The translations under genes and the position numbers were made by a program. From the NCBI GenBank assembly GCA_965221125.1, contig CBDCRW010000003.1:160001-224000 (forward strand): a stretch of 64,000 nt of DNA, written 5' to 3'. Below the pieces are notes generated by a model that saw only the letters and a list, made by a program, of their open reading frames with translations, was not told the DNA's origin and did no database searches. This DNA comes from Alphaproteobacteria bacterium. GTDB lineage: Bacteria; Pseudomonadota; Alphaproteobacteria; UBA828. This document shows positions 60,145 through 64,000 of this stretch, piece after piece. Position 1 is the stretch's first letter. Each line of letters opens with the position of its first letter.

Positions 60145-61278
60145 ATGACGTCCATGAGATCATGCCGTCTGCCTGGGCTGGTGCTGGGGCTGCTTGCGGG
60201 CCTGGCGCTGGCTGCAAGCCCGACGCACGGGCCGGCGCACGAAGCGCCTCAGGAAGCGGCGCAGGAAGCGCCGCAGGCCCCCGCGCCGCCCGCGACATGG
60301 GCGCTCGAGGTCTGGTCGCCGCCCTTCGACTTCCGCAGCCCGACGACGACCATTACCTATCGCCCCCTCGGGCAAGCGTCCCGGAAATGGCGCATCTGCG
60401 CCTCGTACCCCCACCTCAAGGATTCGTACTGGCTCAGCGTCAACTACGGCATGGTCGAGGAGGCGAAGCGGCTCGGCGTGGCGCTCCGCGTCGTCGAAGC
60501 CGGCGGCTACCCCAACCTGGAGCGCCAGATCGCCCAGATCACCGAGTGCGCCAGGGACGCGGACATTCTGGCGCTGGGCGCGGTGAGCTTCGACGGCCTG
60601 ACCGAAGCGGTGGTGGCGATCAGCGAGCAGATTCCGGTGCTCGCCGTGGTCAACGACATCGCCGACCCCGGTATCAGCGCCAAGGCCGCCGTCTCGTGGG
60701 TGACGATGGGGGCCGTCACCGGCGCCTACCTCGCCAGCCTCCACCCGGCCGGCACGCCGCCGGTCAAGGTGGCGTGGTTCCCGGGCCCCCGCCAGTCGCA
60801 GTGGGCCCACTTCGTCGAGGAGGGGTTCACCGAGGCGCTCGCCGGCAGCGCCGTCGATATCGTGCTCCGAAAGTGGGGCGACACCGGGCGGGAAATCCAG
60901 CTCATCCTGGTCGAGGAAGCGCTGGAGGAACGGCCGGACGTCGACTACATCGTGGGCAGCGCCGTCACCGCCGGCGTGGCGGTCAGCCTGCTCCGGGCGC
61001 GCGGCCTCACCGGCCGGATCCGCGTGCTGGCGGACTACTTCACCCACGCCGTCTACCGCGGGATCAAGCGCGAGAAGATCCTGGCCGCGCCCACCGATTT
61101 TCCCGCACTCCAGGGGCGAATGGGGATCGAGATGGCCGTGCGGCTGCTCGAAGGCAAGCTCGAACACCCGCACGCGGGGCCGCTGATCCACATCGTCGAG
61201 CAGGGCAACCTCGGCGACTTCAGCACGCGCCTCTCGCTCGCGCCTGCCGATTTCTCGCCGACCTTCGTGGTCGAATAG
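60145..61278 (+). CDS. torT: Periplasmic TMAO sensor accessory protein
   Basis: WRICASYPHLKDSYWLSVNYGMVEEA, EAGGYPN, FPGP, GSAV, HAVYRG.KR, APTD are TorT hallmarks; divergent from torS. Confidence 0.92.
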   Translation: MTSMRSCRLPGLVLGLLAGLALAASPTHGPAHEAPQEAAQEAPQAPAPPATWALEVWSPPFDFRSPTTTITYRPLGQASRKWRICASYPHLKDSYWLSVNYGMVEEAKRLGVALRVVEAGGYPNLERQIAQITECARDADILALGAVSFDGLTEAVVAISEQIPVLAVVNDIADPGISAKAAVSWVTMGAVTGAYLASLHPAGTPPVKVAWFPGPRQSQWAHFVEEGFTEALAGSAVDIVLRKWGDTGREIQLILVEEALEERPDVDYIVGSAVTAGVAVSLLRARGLTGRIRVLADYFTHAVYRGIKREKILAAPTDFPALQGRMGIEMAVRLLEGKLEHPHAGPLIHIVEQGNLGDFSTRLSLAPADFSPTFVVE

Positions 61279-61444
61279 GCGCCGCCAAGCGATGTAGTAG
61301 ACGCGCGGTCGTATATTCTTCACCCCACTGTCGCTTTGCCCTGCGCCCACTCTTTGGCATGATGCGCCGTCCGATTCCGATGCACTGGCGGGGAGTTGGC
61401 CGCCGGTGAGCGCGCCGGCACGGTGGCAAGGGGTATCTGGAACC

Positions 61445-62008
61445 ATGCACGCATCGCTCGACAGCTGCCCTGCGCTGGTGCTCAACGCCGACTATCGGCC
61501 GCTCAGCTACTTCCCGCTCTCGGTCTGGGGCTGGCAGGACGCGGTCAAGGCCGCCTTCCTCGACCGGGTGACGATCCTGTCGACCTACGACCGCGCCATC
61601 CGCTCGCCCAGCATGGCGATCCGGCTGCCGAGCGTCGTGGCGCTGAAGCGCTACCGCCCGCTCGCCCGCCGCCCCGCGTTTACCCGCTTCAACGTCTTCC
61701 TGCGCGATTCCTTCACCTGCCAGTACTGCGTGACGCCCTTCCCCGTGGAGAACCTCACCTTCGACCACCTGGTGCCGCGTTCGCGTGGCGGGCGCACCAC
61801 GTGGGAGAACGTCCTCGCCGCCTGCAGCGCCTGCAACCTCTCCAAGGGCGATCGGCTGCCGCAGGAGTGCGGCATGCGGCCCCAGCGCAAGCCCAGGGCG
61901 CCGAGCGCCTACGACCTGCACGAGGCGGGCCGGCGCTTCCCGCCCCGCTACCTGCACGAGAGCTGGGGCGACTACCTCTACTGGGATTCCGAGCTGGACC
62001 CCGACTAG
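61445..62008 (+). CDS. HNH endonuclease (McrA-like, conserved stand-alone type)
   Basis: ALVLNADYRPLSYFP, FTRFNVFLRD.F.CQYC, TFDHLVPRSRGG, ACSACN..KG, YLHESWGDYLYWD. Confidence 0.9.
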   Translation: MHASLDSCPALVLNADYRPLSYFPLSVWGWQDAVKAAFLDRVTILSTYDRAIRSPSMAIRLPSVVALKRYRPLARRPAFTRFNVFLRDSFTCQYCVTPFPVENLTFDHLVPRSRGGRTTWENVLAACSACNLSKGDRLPQECGMRPQRKPRAPSAYDLHEAGRRFPPRYLHESWGDYLYWDSELDPD

Positions 62009-62032
62009 CCCCGCCGAACCGGGAGAGCGCAG

Positions 62033-62824
62033 ATGCTCGTCGAGCAGATCTGGACCGCCAACGCCTACCGCAACTTCAACTACCTCATCGCCTGCCCCGA
62101 GACCGGCGAGGCTCTGGCCGTCGATCCGCTGGATCACCGGCGCTGCCTCAAGGCGGCCGGGGACAAGGGCTGGCAGATCACCCAGATCCTCAACACCCAC
62201 GAGCACGGCGACCACACCGGCGGCAACAAGGCGATGGTCAAGGCGACCGGCGCGCGCCTGCTGGCCCACGCCAACGCGAAGGGCAAGATCCCCGATATCG
62301 ACCGGGGACTCGATGCTGGCGACGTGATCACGGTGGGCGCCACGGTGGAGCTGGAGGCGCTGGACACCCCCGGCCACACCATGAGCCACGTGTGCCTGCT
62401 GTCTCGCACCGACACGCCGGCGCTCTTCTGCGGCGACACGCTCTTCAATGCCGGCGCCGGCAACTGCCACTCCGGCGGCCACCCGGCGGAGCTTTACGAG
62501 ACCTTCGCCGGCCAGCTCGCGAAGCTCCCGGACGAGACCCTGATCTATCCCGGCCACGACTACATCGCGAACAACCTGGAGTTCACCCTGGACCGGGAGC
62601 CCGACAACGAGCGGGCGAAGACGCTGCTCGACGAGGTGGGGCCGCAGGACCCCGACGACGCCCTGGTCTCGACCCTGGCGCTGGAGAAGGAGATCAACAC
62701 CTTCTTCCGCCTGCACAGCGCGAGCGTCATCGCGCGCCTGCGCGAGGCCTTCCCCGACCTCTCCGACGACCCCGGCCCGCGCGAGGTCTTCCTCAAGCTC
62801 CGCGAGCTGCGGAACAGCTGGTAG
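62033..62824 (+). CDS. gloB: Hydroxyacylglutathione hydrolase (glyoxalase II)-like metallo-beta-lactamase fold protein
   Basis: NTHEHGDHTGG, TPGHT, GDTLF.AGAG, YPGHDY, EKEINTF. Confidence 0.85.
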   Translation: MLVEQIWTANAYRNFNYLIACPETGEALAVDPLDHRRCLKAAGDKGWQITQILNTHEHGDHTGGNKAMVKATGARLLAHANAKGKIPDIDRGLDAGDVITVGATVELEALDTPGHTMSHVCLLSRTDTPALFCGDTLFNAGAGNCHSGGHPAELYETFAGQLAKLPDETLIYPGHDYIANNLEFTLDREPDNERAKTLLDEVGPQDPDDALVSTLALEKEINTFFRLHSASVIARLREAFPDLSDDPGPREVFLKLRELRNSW

Positions 62825-62845
62825 GGAGCCCCCGGATCGCGGGCC

Positions 62846-63259
62846 ATGAGCGCACCCCGCGAGCAGCGCTGGCGTCAGCGCATGGAGAGCTTCGGCGCCG
62901 CACTCGAACGGTTGGACGAGGCCTGCCGGCAGACCTCATACACGAACCTCGAGCGGGCCGGACTGGTCCAGACGTTCGTGTTCTCCTACGAGCTCGGCTG
63001 GAAGTCCCTGCGGGACTTGCTCCTTTTCGAGGGATACGATCCGAATAGCCCACGCGACGTGATCCGCCAGGGCTTCGAGGCGGCGTATCTCGACGCCGAC
63101 GATTGCGAGACCTTTCTCGATGCCGTCGGCAGGCGCAACCTGCTGACCCACACGTACCGGGACGAGACCGCCCGCGAAGCGGAAGCGTCGATCAAGGGCC
63201 GGTATCACCCGATGCTTCGCAGGCTGCACCGGGCGCTGCAAGGCAAGCGCACCGCATGA
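62846..63259 (+). CDS. HEPN-domain protein (HI0074-like nucleotidyltransferase substrate-binding subunit)
   Basis: RWRQR, GLVQTF.FSYELGWK, SPRDVIR, RNLLTHTY (Rx4H). Confidence 0.88.
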   Translation: MSAPREQRWRQRMESFGAALERLDEACRQTSYTNLERAGLVQTFVFSYELGWKSLRDLLLFEGYDPNSPRDVIRQGFEAAYLDADDCETFLDAVGRRNLLTHTYRDETAREAEASIKGRYHPMLRRLHRALQGKRTA

Positions 63260-63597
63260 CCGACGGCCTGAAGGAGCGGCACCGCAAGGCCGTCATCGAC
63301 ATCATCGCGGGCAACGCCAGGGTGGAGCGGGCCGTGCTGTTCGGCTCGCGCGCCGCGGGCACCTTCCGCCCGGCCTCGGACGTGGACGTGGCACTGTTCG
63401 GCGAGCGCCTGTCGGCGCGCGATCAGGCGAGCCTCGCCGCCGCCATCGAGGAACTGACGATCCCGCAGCGTGTCCAACTGCTCCTCTTCGGAGCGGTCGA
63501 GAGCGTCGACCTGCGCAAGCACATCGAGACGCAGGGCGTCGAGTGGTATCGGCGGGGAGACGCGCCTCGCGTCAGGCGAACAGCGCCTGGGCCATGA
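63256..63597 (+). CDS. Minimal nucleotidyltransferase (MNT)
   Basis: LFGSRAAGTFRPASDVDVA (GSx10DxD); ATGA overlap with the HEPN gene. Confidence 0.88.
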   Translation: MTDGLKERHRKAVIDIIAGNARVERAVLFGSRAAGTFRPASDVDVALFGERLSARDQASLAAAIEELTIPQRVQLLLFGAVESVDLRKHIETQGVEWYRRGDAPRVRRTAPGP

Positions 63598-64000
63598 ATT
63601 TTTGCGCGTCGATGTTGGTGCCGCAGACGATGACGGCCGTGCGCTTGCCCCGTAGCCTCCCGGCGAGCGGGCCGAGCAGCGCCGCCGTCGCCGCCGCGCC
63701 TGCCGGCTCCACGGCGAGCTTCATCTCGGCGAAGAGCAGACCCATGGCGCGGCGCATGGCCTCGTCGTCGATCCTGAGCAGCTCGTCCACGTAGCGCCGG
63801 CAGAGCCCGAATGAGTAAGGCAGGGCGAAGGGCGCGCCGAGGCTGTCGGCGATGGTCCTCACCCGCTCGATCGGCTGGGGCGCGCCGGCGGCGAAGCTCC
63901 GGTGCATGGTATCGGCGCCTTCCGGCTCCACGCCGTAGACCCGGCAATCCGGCTGGAGGGTCTTGATCGCGCAGGAGACGCCGGCGCAGAGCCCGCCGCC
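63572..64000 (-). CDS. Threonine/serine dehydratase family PLP enzyme (5' end outside the window)
   Basis: GGLCAGV...YGVEPEGA, TIADSLGAP, VEPAGAAATAA, VCGTNID. Confidence 0.85.
   Translation of the reverse strand, partial: GGGLCAGVSCAIKTLQPDCRVYGVEPEGADTMHRSFAAGAPQPIERVRTIADSLGAPFALPYSFGLCRRYVDELLRIDDEAMRRAMGLLFAEMKLAVEPAGAAATAALLGPLAGRLRGKRTAVIVCGTNIDAQKFMAQALFA

Noticed and set aside
57348-61409. 1353-aa plus-strand ORF
   Set aside because: Antisense to torS and off-frame through torT; Arg/Gly-rich with no motifs
61445-62008. HNH nuclease as a homing or defence element paired with HEPN-MNT
   Set aside because: Matches a widespread stand-alone chromosomal HNH type; no intron context, and gloB separates it from the pair

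Overview
A GC-rich, densely coding bacterial chromosome segment. It is most likely from a marine alphaproteobacterium, inferred from split pntAA/pntAB/pntB near rpsU and purEK, erpA-xth, ispB-DUF2007-tRNA methyltransferase-S49, and TMAO catabolic genes. I found no rRNA, tRNA, CRISPR array, transposase or integrase. The most notable element is a TMAO module at about 49.7-61.3 kb. A complete TorT/TorS/TorR sensing system, known in Gammaproteobacteria as the controller of anaerobic TMAO respiration (torCAD), sits next to a tmoXWV TMAO ABC transporter and a DUF1989+GcvT TMAO demethylase (tdm). torR is divergent from tmoX, degenerate tor-box-like repeats lie in the shared promoter, and there is no TMAO reductase in the window. 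Other unusual items: an orphan PEP mutase-nucleotidyltransferase fusion abutting a hydantoinase B/A pair with no decarboxylase, a His/Asp/Glu-repeat outer-membrane protein behind a Zur-like box, a signal-peptide-bearing Pcm coupled to a polytopic spermidine-synthase-like protein, an ACC deaminase without acdR, GPP34- and spondin-like proteins, an internally deleted GFA pseudogene and a HEPN/MNT pair. All calls come from reading motifs by eye; no database searches were run, and start codons are best estimates.
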